Origin: Candidatus Saccharimonadota bacterium
GTDB taxonomy: Bacteria; Patescibacteriota; Microgenomatia; UBA1406; GWC2-37-13
Assembly (NCBI GenBank): GCA_016432445.1
Contig: CP066689.1
Span: forward strand, 660,001-692,000
DNA: 32,000 nt
Direction of reading: 5' to 3'
Under the pieces are notes generated by a model. It did not search any database. It was not told where the DNA came from and saw nothing but the letters and a program-made list of their open reading frames with translations. The position numbers were made by a program, and so were the translations under genes. Below, piece after piece: positions 15,143-24,303 of this stretch. The stretch's first letter is position 1. Each line of letters starts with the position of its first letter.

Positions 15143-15295
15143 ATGACTCCACAACCTAAGCGCAAACATTCAACTCAAAGAAAAGGCAAAAGACTAGCGA
15201 CACGCATAGCAAACAATATGCCCAAACTTGTAAAATGCAAACAATGCGGAAACCAGAAATTGCCCCACCGTTTGTGCCGAAATTGCAATAAATAG
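15143..15295 (+). CDS. rpmF: ribosomal protein L32
   Basis: 50-aa ORF MTPQPKRKHSTQRKGKRLATRIANNMPKLVKCKQCGNQKLPHRLCRNCNK with a CxxC...CxxC zinc ribbon. It is not in the ORF track (under 60 aa). Confidence 0.88.
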   Translation: MTPQPKRKHSTQRKGKRLATRIANNMPKLVKCKQCGNQKLPHRLCRNCNK

Positions 15296-15310
15296 GTTCC
15301 CGCGCCTAAT

Positions 15311-15691
15311 ATGGATAAACGTCATTTAGAGAGAATAAAAACTGTTCAAAATCTTTTTGCTGCAAGCTTCCCAGACCTTAAAAATAACCTGCCTTATAAC
15401 AATGACAATCTCTCTAAGGAAATTTTGAAGAATATTAAAAAAATTGACGATTTAATAGCTTTAAATGCACCTAAATATCCTCTTAATCGAATAGCAAAAG
15501 CTGATTTAGCTATCTTACGGCTAGCTGTACATGAACTAATTATTAATCCCACTCAGCCTTATAAAGTAGTTATTAATGAAGCTATAGAGCTTGCCAAGGA
15601 ATTTGGGGGAGAAAGATCATATGCTTTTGTCAACGCCGTCTTAGGCACTATTTTTAAAAATTGTAAACAAGATGATAAAAAAAATGACTAA
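15311..15691 (+). CDS. nusB: transcription antitermination factor NusB
   Basis: 126 aa with ADLAILRLAVHELI...VVINEAIELAKEFGGERSYAFVNAVLG. Confidence 0.85.
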   Translation: MDKRHLERIKTVQNLFAASFPDLKNNLPYNNDNLSKEILKNIKKIDDLIALNAPKYPLNRIAKADLAILRLAVHELIINPTQPYKVVINEAIELAKEFGGERSYAFVNAVLGTIFKNCKQDDKKND

Positions 15692-16379
15692 TAAATATCA
15701 GCCTCTGGAAAATACAATCGGAATAAAGTTTAAAAATAAAAAACTTTTAGAGAATGTCTTCGTTCATAGATCATATTTAAATGAACATAAAAACTTCTAC
15801 CTGCCTTCAAATGAAAAGCTGGAATTTCTAGGAGATAGTGTTTTATCGTTAGTAACTTCCATTTATTTATATAAAAATTATCCTAATCTTGCCGAGGGCG
15901 ACTATACAGACATAAAGGCATCAATCGTACGTACAGAAAGTCTAGGAGAAGAAGCAAAAAATATCCAGATAGGACGCTATTTACTCCTTTCAAAAGGAGA
16001 AGAGAAAGGAAAAGGTAAGGAAAATATCAATATTCTTGCTGACTGTTTTGAAGCCTTAATCGCAGCTATTTTCATTGATAGAGGCTTTGATGAAGCCTAC
16101 GATTTCATACTAAAATATTTATTTAAAGATAAATTGACGTATATTATTGAAAAAAAACTTTATTTATCTCCAAAAAGCCGTCTTCAAGAAATAATTCAGG
16201 CTGAATATAAAATTTTACCTGATTACAAAATACTTGAAGAAAAAGGACCAGAACATATGAAAACTTTTAAGGTTGGCGTTTATCTTCATGATAAAAAACT
16301 CGGTGTTGGCAGTGGAAATTCCAAAAAACAAGCTGAAGAAACTGCCGCCAAAAATGCGCTGGAAAAAACTGCAGTTTAA
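15672..16379 (+). CDS. rnc: ribonuclease III
   Basis: NEKLEFLGDSVL signature, ADCFEALIAAIF, and a C-terminal dsRBD (KKQAEETAAKNALEK). The start is ATG 15672 or 15684, overlapping the nusB end. Confidence 0.92.
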   Translation: MIKKMTNKYQPLENTIGIKFKNKKLLENVFVHRSYLNEHKNFYLPSNEKLEFLGDSVLSLVTSIYLYKNYPNLAEGDYTDIKASIVRTESLGEEAKNIQIGRYLLLSKGEEKGKGKENINILADCFEALIAAIFIDRGFDEAYDFILKYLFKDKLTYIIEKKLYLSPKSRLQEIIQAEYKILPDYKILEEKGPEHMKTFKVGVYLHDKKLGVGSGNSKKQAEETAAKNALEKTAV

Positions 16380-16394
16380 GGTTATAATATTACC

Positions 16395-16634
16395 ATGGCA
16401 GTCACAATCAGATTAATGAGATTCGGAAAAAAGAAATATCCCACTTATAGAGTTATTGCTGTCGACAAAAGGAAAAAAAGAGATGGCAGTTATTTGGAAA
16501 AAATCGGAACTTATAACCCAATGACTAACCCTGCTACATTAGATATAAATAAAGAAAAATTTGATTACTGGTTAGCAAATGGCGCTCAGCTTTCTGAAGG
16601 AATAATAAAACTGCTAAAAAACAGAAAGGTATAA
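16395..16634 (+). CDS. rpsP: ribosomal protein S16
   Basis: MAVTIRLMRFGKKKYPTYRVIAVDKRKKRDG... It is preceded by TGGAAA-17-TATAAT-6 nt-ATG. Confidence 0.93.
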   Translation: MAVTIRLMRFGKKKYPTYRVIAVDKRKKRDGSYLEKIGTYNPMTNPATLDINKEKFDYWLANGAQLSEGIIKLLKNRKV

Positions 16635-16640
16635 TTTTTC

Positions 16641-16659
16641 TAATATAACCGTTATATTA
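16641..16659. terminator. AT-rich palindrome between convergent rpsP and the pilO-like gene (candidate bidirectional terminator)
   Basis: TAATATAAC-c-GTTATATTA is flanked by TTTTT upstream and AAAAA downstream. Confidence 0.4.
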
Positions 16660-16660
16660 C

Positions 16661-17335
16661 TTAAAAAGGATTATCTTTAGTCGTGTAATTTGATACATCT
16701 TCACTGGACGGAGCGACAAAATTTACGCTAACTTTATCTTTGATTTGATCCATAAGCCGTACATCCGCAGGCAATATAGCGTTTATAGATTCTTTTCCCA
16801 GTGAAGTTTTTTTATTATAAAAATTAAGAGATAGTATCACAGTTCTCACACCCGTATTGGGTAAAAAATCTATACTTTCATTGGTTATTAACCTTCCGCT
16901 TCCAAAGTGATATTTCTTTAAGAATGTCAGAAAAGAGTTCATATCTCCTGTGCCTTGAACAGTTAAAGCATACTTTTCTTTTGTAGATGATGATAGCTTT
17001 ATCGTATAATTAGTAACATTAAATCCTGTTTTTTTAGCTATCTGTTCAAAAGCATAAATAATAGAAAAAAAATCTTCACTTTCAGGAATTAACTGATTAA
17101 GCAATCGATTATATTCGTTTATTTTATTTCCTCCCAATTCTTTATTTGCTTTTGAAATTTTCATTCTTGCATCTAATTGTTGAATATCATTATTCAAAAT
17201 TTCAGTTTGAGATTTATCGTCTTGATATGTATTGTAGGATCTAACAATTAAAATAATTAAAATCACTAATACGATCGCCGCTATAAACGACGGCAGATTG
17301 TTTTTTAATATATATTTATTCATCCCAAACATCAT
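16661..17335 (-). CDS. PilO-like type IV pilus assembly protein
   Basis: N-terminal TM helix then a coiled-coil segment. It is last in the pilM-pilN-pilO order. The assignment rests on position and architecture. Confidence 0.55.
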   Translation of the reverse strand: MMFGMNKYILKNNLPSFIAAIVLVILIILIVRSYNTYQDDKSQTEILNNDIQQLDARMKISKANKELGGNKINEYNRLLNQLIPESEDFFSIIYAFEQIAKKTGFNVTNYTIKLSSSTKEKYALTVQGTGDMNSFLTFLKKYHFGSGRLITNESIDFLPNTGVRTVILSLNFYNKKTSLGKESINAILPADVRLMDQIKDKVSVNFVAPSSEDVSNYTTKDNPF

Positions 17336-17912
17336 TGACGGCTAAATTTTTAAATAAACCTTCAAAACTTAACTTATATCCATTGGTATTGCTTGAAGGT
17401 AACTGAGTTAAAAAAAAGGACTTTAAGGTAAGCTCATCAAAATTTTTAGTAAAAGTTTCAGATTCTATATATTTTATGAAATTATACATAGCATCATAAT
17501 CTTCAAAACTCAAAGTAAAAGCTGTATTTTTTTTCTTATCTATGCTTAAAGCTTCTATTTTAGCAGTACTGCTAGCTATGCCAATTGATTCATTCAAAAC
17601 ATTATAGTAAGGCAGAAAACGAGCATCATCTTTCAAGAATTTATTTAATTGATCTTTTTTTAATAAAAAAAATTTGGTCTCTGCATCCTCATTTTGATTA
17701 TCAATAAAGAATTTTAGATATTTTTGTTTTTCTTGAAGCAAAGATTGAATCTTATTCTTTTGAGTAAAGTTAATAAAGTTTAATGACACAAAAATAATAA
17801 ATAACATTATTCCGCTAATAGTTGCATATAAAACTACCTTATCAGTGAAAAACAATGAAAAACTTTTTCGGGAAGTCTTGCTAAAAAGGTTAATTCTTTT
17901 CTTTTTGATCAT
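17316..17912 (-). CDS. PilN-like type IV pilus assembly protein
   Basis: N-terminal RINLFS (compare the INLLP motif) followed by a TM helix. The ATG overlaps the pilM stop (ATGA). A GGAGG SD lies 6 nt upstream. Confidence 0.6.
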   Translation of the reverse strand: MIKKKRINLFSKTSRKSFSLFFTDKVVLYATISGIMLFIIFVSLNFINFTQKNKIQSLLQEKQKYLKFFIDNQNEDAETKFFLLKKDQLNKFLKDDARFLPYYNVLNESIGIASSTAKIEALSIDKKKNTAFTLSFEDYDAMYNFIKYIESETFTKNFDELTLKSFFLTQLPSSNTNGYKLSFEGLFKNLAVNDVWDE

Positions 17913-18931
17913 AGCGATCCTCCAATAACTCCGGAAAAAGATGATAATGTATTTGCAAATGACTGCGTAACAGGATTTTCTACCAATATTTCTTTCAAAT
18001 TAAGAGTTGTTGTTGACAAAGATGTTAACTCAGCTATCTTTTTATCAAAAAAAGAAATATTGTTATCATAATTACAAAGAAGTATCGTGTTTATATCAAG
18101 ATTGAAATGTGATTTGGCTAAAGCGGTAAATTTACTTATCTCTCCAGCAAACTCCTTAAGTACAGGACTTAGAATTACCTCCGTATCATAAGATCCTCCT
18201 TTGGCAAAACCTACGGTCTTTAGAATTTCAAGACTTTTTTTCTCATCTATATTAAGATTAACATCTAAATCCTTCCTAAATAAATCTAATCCAATCTTAA
18301 AGTTACGAGTTAATATAATAAAAGAACTCTGTGGATTTATTAAATATAAGGAGCTTGATGAAAAACCAAAATTAACAACTAAAACTGTTTTGTCTTTATA
18401 TAATTTGCTTAATTTTTCTTTATAAAGCCTTCCTACAGCTGATAACTCATTTTCAAGATTTCCTGCTCTTAAGCCAGCTAATTCTATTATTCTTTCAATA
18501 CGTGTAACTAACTTTTTGGGAGCGGCCACTATAAGCACTAAAAAATTTTTAGTAATTGGATCTTCGCTTAAAATTTCTATATCCAGTTCTGTTTCATCAA
18601 GCGGCATAGGAATAAACTCATCTGATTGATAGCGGATGGCTGATAATAATTCTTTTTCTTTAAGAGACGGCATTTGAATTATTTGAGAATATGTATAAGT
18701 ATCAGGAATCATAACATTGATCACTCTTTTTTTTATTTTCAAGCTTGTGTATAGTCTCATTAATATTTCTGCCTGTTTATCAATGGCTTGAGGACTTTCA
18801 GAGTTGAAAAAAAAGGGTATTGTATCGGCAACTCCAAGCGAAGTTATTTCTATTTTGTCTCCTGATGACTTTAAGTCGCAAATACGGGTATATTTTTCTT
18901 GTAAATCTAGACTGAAAGCAGTATCTGACAT
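17909..18931 (-). CDS. pilM: PilM-like actin-fold type IV pilus assembly ATPase
   Basis: 340 aa, cytoplasmic, with an FSLDL... N-terminus typical of PilM/FtsA-like proteins. It lies directly upstream of the pilN/pilO-like genes. Confidence 0.7.
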   Translation of the reverse strand: MSDTAFSLDLQEKYTRICDLKSSGDKIEITSLGVADTIPFFFNSESPQAIDKQAEILMRLYTSLKIKKRVINVMIPDTYTYSQIIQMPSLKEKELLSAIRYQSDEFIPMPLDETELDIEILSEDPITKNFLVLIVAAPKKLVTRIERIIELAGLRAGNLENELSAVGRLYKEKLSKLYKDKTVLVVNFGFSSSSLYLINPQSSFIILTRNFKIGLDLFRKDLDVNLNIDEKKSLEILKTVGFAKGGSYDTEVILSPVLKEFAGEISKFTALAKSHFNLDINTILLCNYDNNISFFDKKIAELTSLSTTTLNLKEILVENPVTQSFANTLSSFSGVIGGSL

Positions 18932-18981
18932 GAGATTAAGTATTAAAAAAAATCACCATTAAGTCAAGAGAATAATGGATC

Positions 18982-19560
18982 TTAGTTCTCTATATTTCTA
19001 AGTTTAAAATTTGTTTTATAGCTTAAGGACGCCTGTTCTTCAACTCTAGCATTTGAACAGCTATTTGTACCGTAGCAGATATCAAAACTCACTGAAATAA
19101 TAGGACCTGAAAATTGAGCTGATCTTTCACAGGAAATAGCAAAATTCTCAACTTTAATTTTGCTTGTTGATAAAAAACCTGATTGGTAAGAGGCATTTGT
19201 GCTTATCAGGTTCATTCTGTCAAAGCTAAGTGCAAACTGAAAATAATTATTATTCTTATCCTTTAAATAGAAATCGCTACCTCCTGTACTTGAGTAAGAG
19301 TTATTGCCTAAAGTATTTGAACATTTAACTGTGGCCAATCCTGAATCAGAATATATTCCAACAGCATTGCTTCTAATCATAGAATCCATTTTTCCTAAGA
19401 TATAATCTCCTTGTCTTTTTACCTCGGTCAAGCGATAAACCTTTATCTGTTGGTTTAAGATGACATAAAATATAGAAAAAAGTGCAGGTAAGGTAAGTCC
19501 AATGGCGCTGATTACAATAAGCATCTCAATTAATGTAAATCCTAGTCTTTTCTTTTTCAT
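18982..19560 (-). CDS. prepilin-type minor pilin/pseudopilin
   Basis: MKKKRLG|FTLIEMLIV class III signal peptide with Glu at +5. Confidence 0.8.
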   Translation of the reverse strand: MKKKRLGFTLIEMLIVISAIGLTLPALFSIFYVILNQQIKVYRLTEVKRQGDYILGKMDSMIRSNAVGIYSDSGLATVKCSNTLGNNSYSSTGGSDFYLKDKNNNYFQFALSFDRMNLISTNASYQSGFLSTSKIKVENFAISCERSAQFSGPIISVSFDICYGTNSCSNARVEEQASLSYKTNFKLRNIEN

Positions 19561-19574
19561 TTTAAGTTTTTAAA

Positions 19575-20015
19575 CTATCGCTCATAAATACTAAAAACTG
19601 TTTTAATAAGCACACTGCGGGTTGAACCCAGATCGTCCCATTTAACTGTAATTAACACAGACGAGCTTGTCGGCGGAGAACCGCTATTTGTCAAACTTAC
19701 CTCCCTTTTATATATCTGAGGTATTAGTCCATTACTGGAACACGCTCCTGCAGATGGCCAGATGTTCCCTATTGGAGTCGTATTAAAACAATAAGTATTT
19801 CCTCCTTGACTGGTAAAGATCGTCCAGTCACTATCTTTTTGCGATCTTAGCCAACTTTCAAGCTCTTCTGCATACCTCGCTGCTAAAGTTTTATTTTCAT
19901 TAAACTTTATATTCCTTAAGGCCGCCAAACTGACAGCTATAACAGCTACAAAAAAAATATTTAATATAGTTGTAAAAACCAAGACCTCAATTAAAGTAAA
20001 TGCGTTCTTTTTCAT
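19575..20015 (-). CDS. prepilin-type minor pilin/pseudopilin
   Basis: The start was moved to ATG 20015 (MKKNA|FTLIEVLVF). The longer ORF-track version (to 20096) overlaps the upstream gene. Confidence 0.75.
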   Translation of the reverse strand: MKKNAFTLIEVLVFTTILNIFFVAVIAVSLAALRNIKFNENKTLAARYAEELESWLRSQKDSDWTIFTSQGGNTYCFNTTPIGNIWPSAGACSSNGLIPQIYKREVSLTNSGSPPTSSSVLITVKWDDLGSTRSVLIKTVFSIYER

Positions 20016-20020
20016 AAAAA

Positions 20021-20527
20021 TTACGGTGGAGGACAAGTATCTGTACAACTCAATAAATTTATGAGCCCCGTACTTTGGATATTGATATAAGTGCATTTAT
20101 TAGCGTCTCCTGAGTTTTGAAGTTTAATACACTGCGCTCCTGAAGCACCAATATTAAGACCGCTAAACTGAACGGCTAAGGTAGGCGTTGCAAAAACAAT
20201 CGGACTTTTTAAAGTTGGATAAGGAATTGATGTTGGAACTCCAGTTAAACAAGTAGGTACAAGTTTATACTCTGTACTGCTTGAAACTACCACTGAGTAT
20301 TTATCAACTCTGGGAGTAATACCAACACCTGCACATAGTGAAGAATCACCTGTATCAGCCTTTTTTTTTGCCAATTCCAAAACATCAATAACATTTCTGG
20401 CTATACCATCAAGTTTTTGTTTGTTAGTGAACTCATTAAAATAGGCAATAGATAAGCCTGAAAAAAGCATCATTATGGTAACTACCACCAATAACTCAAT
20501 CAGAGTAAATCCTTTAATTTGCTCCAT
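20021..20527 (-). CDS. prepilin-type minor pilin/pseudopilin
   Basis: MEQIKG|FTLIELLVV. It contains an A9 tract at 20361-20369. Confidence 0.8.
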   Translation of the reverse strand: MEQIKGFTLIELLVVVTIMMLFSGLSIAYFNEFTNKQKLDGIARNVIDVLELAKKKADTGDSSLCAGVGITPRVDKYSVVVSSSTEYKLVPTCLTGVPTSIPYPTLKSPIVFATPTLAVQFSGLNIGASGAQCIKLQNSGDANKCTYINIQSTGLINLLSCTDTCPPP

Positions 20528-20903
20528 AAGGTGTAGTTGAATATGTCGTACCTACATCTAGGATTGCCGACAGAGTGTAGTTTGTGCACGGAGGGGTAGT
20601 GTCGCATCCCGCAGGAAGATATGTATAAGGATATACAGATCCTGTTTTAGGATCAGTAGGTACAGATCTAATGTAATTAGGAGTTAAAGCAGATGTGCTT
20701 GTTGGATAACCTGAAAGACTATCGTTACTTCTATACATTTCCAAGGCCGAGCGGATCTGCTCTATATCAGCTTTTCTAAGGGCATCACGCGAATTAGCAT
20801 TTAGCGCGCTATAAGATACAGCCCCAAGAGCGGCCAGAATCCCAATAATTGTTGCTACAACAAGTATCTCTATCAAAGTAAAACCATCGTTCTTTTTTTT
20901 CAT
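20514..20903 (-). CDS. GspG/PulG-like pilin (tandem paralogue 3)
   Basis: The start was moved to ATG 20903 (MKKKNDG|FTLIEILVV). NSRDALRKADIEQIRSALEMY resembles the T2SS-G/pilin helix motif. Confidence 0.8.
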   Translation of the reverse strand: MKKKNDGFTLIEILVVATIIGILAALGAVSYSALNANSRDALRKADIEQIRSALEMYRSNDSLSGYPTSTSALTPNYIRSVPTDPKTGSVYPYTYLPAGCDTTPPCTNYTLSAILDVGTTYSTTPYGAN

Positions 20904-20904
20904 A

Positions 20905-21315
20905 TCACTGTAAATTTTCAACAACAAAAGTTCCGCCCCCCTCAAGTGTGGCCGTAATTTTATAGAGAGCGGCACTTGTGTTAGTAATAACATATTTATA
21001 AGTAGTAGTATTTATAGGATCAACCACAACTAAAGTTTTACCGCCGCCGCACTGAATTGTGTCGCTGGCATTAAGATCATCTCCATCACTTCCAAGATCC
21101 TGATATTGATAACTATTTGTTGTGTAATACTGCTCCATACAATTTTGCACAGTCTTAAGATCTGATCTTCTTTTTGCATCCCGGGCTTTTTTCTGAGCTG
21201 TTGAGTAGGATACTGCTCCAACTCCAATAAGTACAGCAATAATACCAATAACAACTAATAGTTCAAGAAGAGTAAATCCTTTTTTTAAAAAAATTAAATT
21301 TTTTATTTTTCTCAT
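20905..21315 (-). CDS. GspG/PulG-like pilin (tandem paralogue 2)
   Basis: ..LKKG|FTLLELLVV, with KARDAKRRSDLKTVQNCMEQY. Confidence 0.8.
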   Translation of the reverse strand: MRKIKNLIFLKKGFTLLELLVVIGIIAVLIGVGAVSYSTAQKKARDAKRRSDLKTVQNCMEQYYTTNSYQYQDLGSDGDDLNASDTIQCGGGKTLVVVDPINTTTYKYVITNTSAALYKITATLEGGGTFVVENLQ

Positions 21316-21337
21316 TTAAATAATATCAATTTATAAA

Positions 21338-21811
21338 TCAATCCTGACTAACTACATAACATTTGCGTGGACTGGAGCAAGAATAACTTCCACAATATGA
21401 ACTACAGGTAAGGCCATCAGTATCGGCTGTATTTTCAAGACAGGCGCAAAGAGTAAAAGAAGAACTGCTGGGTCTATTATAATAATAAGGAAAGGGAGTC
21501 AATGTTTGAGGATCACCTGGAGTTTTATTTAAATAGATAGCTGTACTGGTCGGACATGGTGGAGCTCCTGACCCGCCTGAATACCAGCAATTACCAACTG
21601 AAGGCAAGGAAGTCGTCGGATAAGCTTGAGGTGTTTGATCCTGCTGATACATTTCTAAGGCTTTCTGAATCACTCTTAAATCACTTTTTCTTTGAGAATC
21701 GCGGGCTCTTTCACGCGCTCCCATAAAGTTAGGAAGAAGTAAAGCGCTTAGGCCGGCAATTATCGCGATAACTACGAGAAGTTCAATTAATGTAAAAGCC
21801 CGTTTATGCAT
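21338..21811 (-). CDS. GspG/PulG-like pilin, Cys-rich C-terminus (tandem paralogue 1)
   Basis: MHKRA|FTLIELLVV (Ala at -1), [21 protein letters not shown], and ten Cys in the C-terminal half. Confidence 0.8.
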   Translation of the reverse strand: MHKRAFTLIELLVVIAIIAGLSALLLPNFMGARERARDSQRKSDLRVIQKALEMYQQDQTPQAYPTTSLPSVGNCWYSGGSGAPPCPTSTAIYLNKTPGDPQTLTPFPYYYNRPSSSSFTLCACLENTADTDGLTCSSYCGSYSCSSPRKCYVVSQD

Positions 21812-21856
21812 TTATCTTAATACTAATATAGAGCTTCATTGAAAGTCAATAGAAAG

Positions 21857-21874
21857 GATCCAAGATGCTGGATC
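21857..21874 (-). terminator. inverted repeat GATCCA-6 nt-TGGATC between the holB-like gene and the pilin operon
   Basis: Perfect 6-bp arms. On the minus strand it is followed by CTTTCTATT and then a TTGACT -35-like hexamer (complement of 21844-21849). Confidence 0.35.
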
Positions 21875-21881
21875 ATAGATG

Positions 21882-22562
21882 TTAGGAATATATTTTATGA
21901 ATAAACAATAAAATATTATCAATCGTTAACTGCGGATTAAGATTATTGTTTTGTAACAAATCTTTAAGACTCATTATCTTTTTTATAATCTTGCTGGCTT
22001 TAACTCCATCAACAGCTAATCGCTGACGATAATAGAATATTATTTCTTCCAAAAGCTGAATTAGATCTTCTTTCGACGGTGATTGAATAACAGATTGATT
22101 AAGAAAACTTAAGCCATCATTTTTTTCTGTTATTTCAAGTAAAGTTTTTGTTGAAGGACTAATTTTATAATTAGTGAAATCATTAAGATTTATGATCTTA
22201 GTTCTCGACCTGATTGTTGGTAATATTTTTTCAATATTTTTTAACGGAAAAATAAATTGATTTTTCACATGGTTTTCCTCAAGAGTTTTAAGAAGAGCAT
22301 TTTGTACTTCAAGCCCGGAAACATCTAGCGCTTCAATAATAAAAAGCCTCTTATTTGAAAAAGAGATTTTAAGTTCTTTCTTTAATAATCTGATTTGATC
22401 AATAGCCAACTCTGTTTTAACAGGCTTAATTGAATAAATAAAATTAGAAAGAAAAGACTCATCTTTAATAATCTTCTTTATATAGTCAGCTAAACGTTTT
22501 TGGTCATTGGAAACAATTATTAGCGGAATCATATTCTCTCTCTTGCATTTTATCACAAACAT
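21882..22562 (-). CDS. holB: DNA polymerase III delta-prime-like clamp-loader subunit (no P-loop)
   Basis: VQNALLKTLEE and LPTIRSRTKII (the SRC-like motif) are present, but there is no Walker A in the N-terminal region. An alternative start is ATG 22532. Confidence 0.7.
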   Translation of the reverse strand: MFVIKCKRENMIPLIIVSNDQKRLADYIKKIIKDESFLSNFIYSIKPVKTELAIDQIRLLKKELKISFSNKRLFIIEALDVSGLEVQNALLKTLEENHVKNQFIFPLKNIEKILPTIRSRTKIINLNDFTNYKISPSTKTLLEITEKNDGLSFLNQSVIQSPSKEDLIQLLEEIIFYYRQRLAVDGVKASKIIKKIMSLKDLLQNNNLNPQLTIDNILLFIHKIYS

Positions 22563-22578
22563 CCCTATATTTTAAATT

Positions 22579-24294
22579 ATGATGATCTCTCCTAAAACTT
22601 TTCTATCAGAACTGGTAAAAGGCGGTATTCTTGACCAATCATCAGCCGATAGATATGAAATAGATTCTATTCAAAAAAATCTGCCTATAGATAATTATTT
22701 GCTTCAACAAACAGAGATTAAAAAAGAAGATATCCTAAAGGTGAAAGCTCATTTTCTTAATGTGCCATATATTGATATCTCCACTGCAGCTGTTGATCCT
22801 CAAGCTCTAGGTTTAATCTCAGAATCAATTGCCAGAAAGGATAATATTCTGCCATACCTTTATGATTCAAAAAAAGAAACTATTTACATCGCCACAGAAG
22901 ATCCTCTTAATCTTTCGCTGGCAGATTTTTTAGAAAGAAAAACAGGGAAAAAAGTAATGCTGGCACTGGGTTTTCTTGATGATATCGGAAAAACCATCGG
23001 TATTTCTTACACTCAAGGATTATCACCGGAAGTTAAAGAAGCATTGCAGGAAGTATCAACTCAATCAACACCTTTAGAACGACAGGGTGACTCAAGTACT
23101 TCAGTCCATGAACCACCTATTGCTAAAATTGTTAATACCATACTTGAGTTTGCGGTAAAAAGCAGAGCTTCAGATATTCATATTGAACCACAGGAAATTA
23201 AGAGCCGTGTCAGATATCGCATTGACGGTATACTACAGGAAAAACTTTCACTTCCACGAGGCTTACATGATTCACTTATTTCAAGAATAAAAATACTTTC
23301 AGAAATGAAGATTGATGAAAAAAGAATACCTCAGGACGGAAGATTTAATTTTAAACTAGGAAATGAAGAGGTTGATCTTCGTGTTTCCTCCCTTCCAACA
23401 GTCAATGGAGAAAAAATCGTCATGAGGCTTTTAAAAAAAACTGGAGGACTACCTTCTTTGACTGAACTTGGCTTAAGAGGAATCCAGTTTAAGGATCTTG
23501 AAGAAAGCTTCAATAAACCTTATGGAATCATTCTTATTACCGGTCCTACAGGATCAGGTAAAACAACTACTCTATACTCAATACTGACAAGACTTAATAA
23601 GCCTGGTGTTAATATTGTTACTCTGGAGGATCCGGTTGAATATCAGATCCCAGGAATTAATCAGGTACAGATTAACCCACAGGCTGGGTTAACATTCGCC
23701 AATGGTCTTAGATCTTTTCTTCGTCAAGACCCAAATATTATACTCGTGGGAGAAATCCGTGATAAAGAAACAACTCAACTGGCAATCCAGGCGGCCTTAA
23801 CCGGTCACTTAGTTTTTTCAACCCTGCATACTAATGACTCTGCGACAGCGATTCCAAGACTTATAGATCTTGGCGGAGAACCTTTTTTAATCGCCTCTGT
23901 AATTAATGCTTCCGTCGCTCAAAGAATTGCCCGCAAAGTATGCACATACTGTAAAGAACTGTACGAACCTGACCCTAAAATTCAGACACAAATTAAAGAA
24001 GGACTTGGAGAACTTTTGCCAAAAATTTATAAAGAAGGACAGCCAATGAAAATTGCTCGAGGAAAAGGCTGTAATGAATGCGGTAACTCAGGTTACTTGG
24101 GAAGAATAGCTATTTTTGAAGTTTTGAAAATTACACCTGTTATAAATAAAATGATTCTGCAGGAATCATCAGCCAAAGAGATTGAAACTCAAGCCAGGAA
24201 AGAAGGATTAATTATCATGCTCCAGGACGGATATTTAAAGGTTTTGGAAGGAATAACTACCATTGAGGAAGTTTTAAGAGTTGCCAATGTATAA
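22579..24294 (+). CDS. pilB: type IV pilus assembly (extension) ATPase PilB/GspE family
   Basis: N-terminal GspE_N-like domain, GPTGSGKTTT Walker A, Asp/His boxes, and a tetracysteine CTYC...CNEC. Confidence 0.92.
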   Translation: MMISPKTFLSELVKGGILDQSSADRYEIDSIQKNLPIDNYLLQQTEIKKEDILKVKAHFLNVPYIDISTAAVDPQALGLISESIARKDNILPYLYDSKKETIYIATEDPLNLSLADFLERKTGKKVMLALGFLDDIGKTIGISYTQGLSPEVKEALQEVSTQSTPLERQGDSSTSVHEPPIAKIVNTILEFAVKSRASDIHIEPQEIKSRVRYRIDGILQEKLSLPRGLHDSLISRIKILSEMKIDEKRIPQDGRFNFKLGNEEVDLRVSSLPTVNGEKIVMRLLKKTGGLPSLTELGLRGIQFKDLEESFNKPYGIILITGPTGSGKTTTLYSILTRLNKPGVNIVTLEDPVEYQIPGINQVQINPQAGLTFANGLRSFLRQDPNIILVGEIRDKETTQLAIQAALTGHLVFSTLHTNDSATAIPRLIDLGGEPFLIASVINASVAQRIARKVCTYCKELYEPDPKIQTQIKEGLGELLPKIYKEGQPMKIARGKGCNECGNSGYLGRIAIFEVLKITPVINKMILQESSAKEIETQARKEGLIIMLQDGYLKVLEGITTIEEVLRVANV

Positions 24295-24303
24295 AACTAA
24301 ATT

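Noticed and set aside
20361-20369. Homopolymeric A9 (20361-20369) and A8 (20893-20900) tracts in pilin genes as slipped-strand phase-variation switches.
   Set aside because: They encode Lys runs (AKKKA, MKKKN) in a very AT-rich genome where such tracts are common (for example also in the yfhO-like gene). Without population or read-level length variation this cannot be separated from background.
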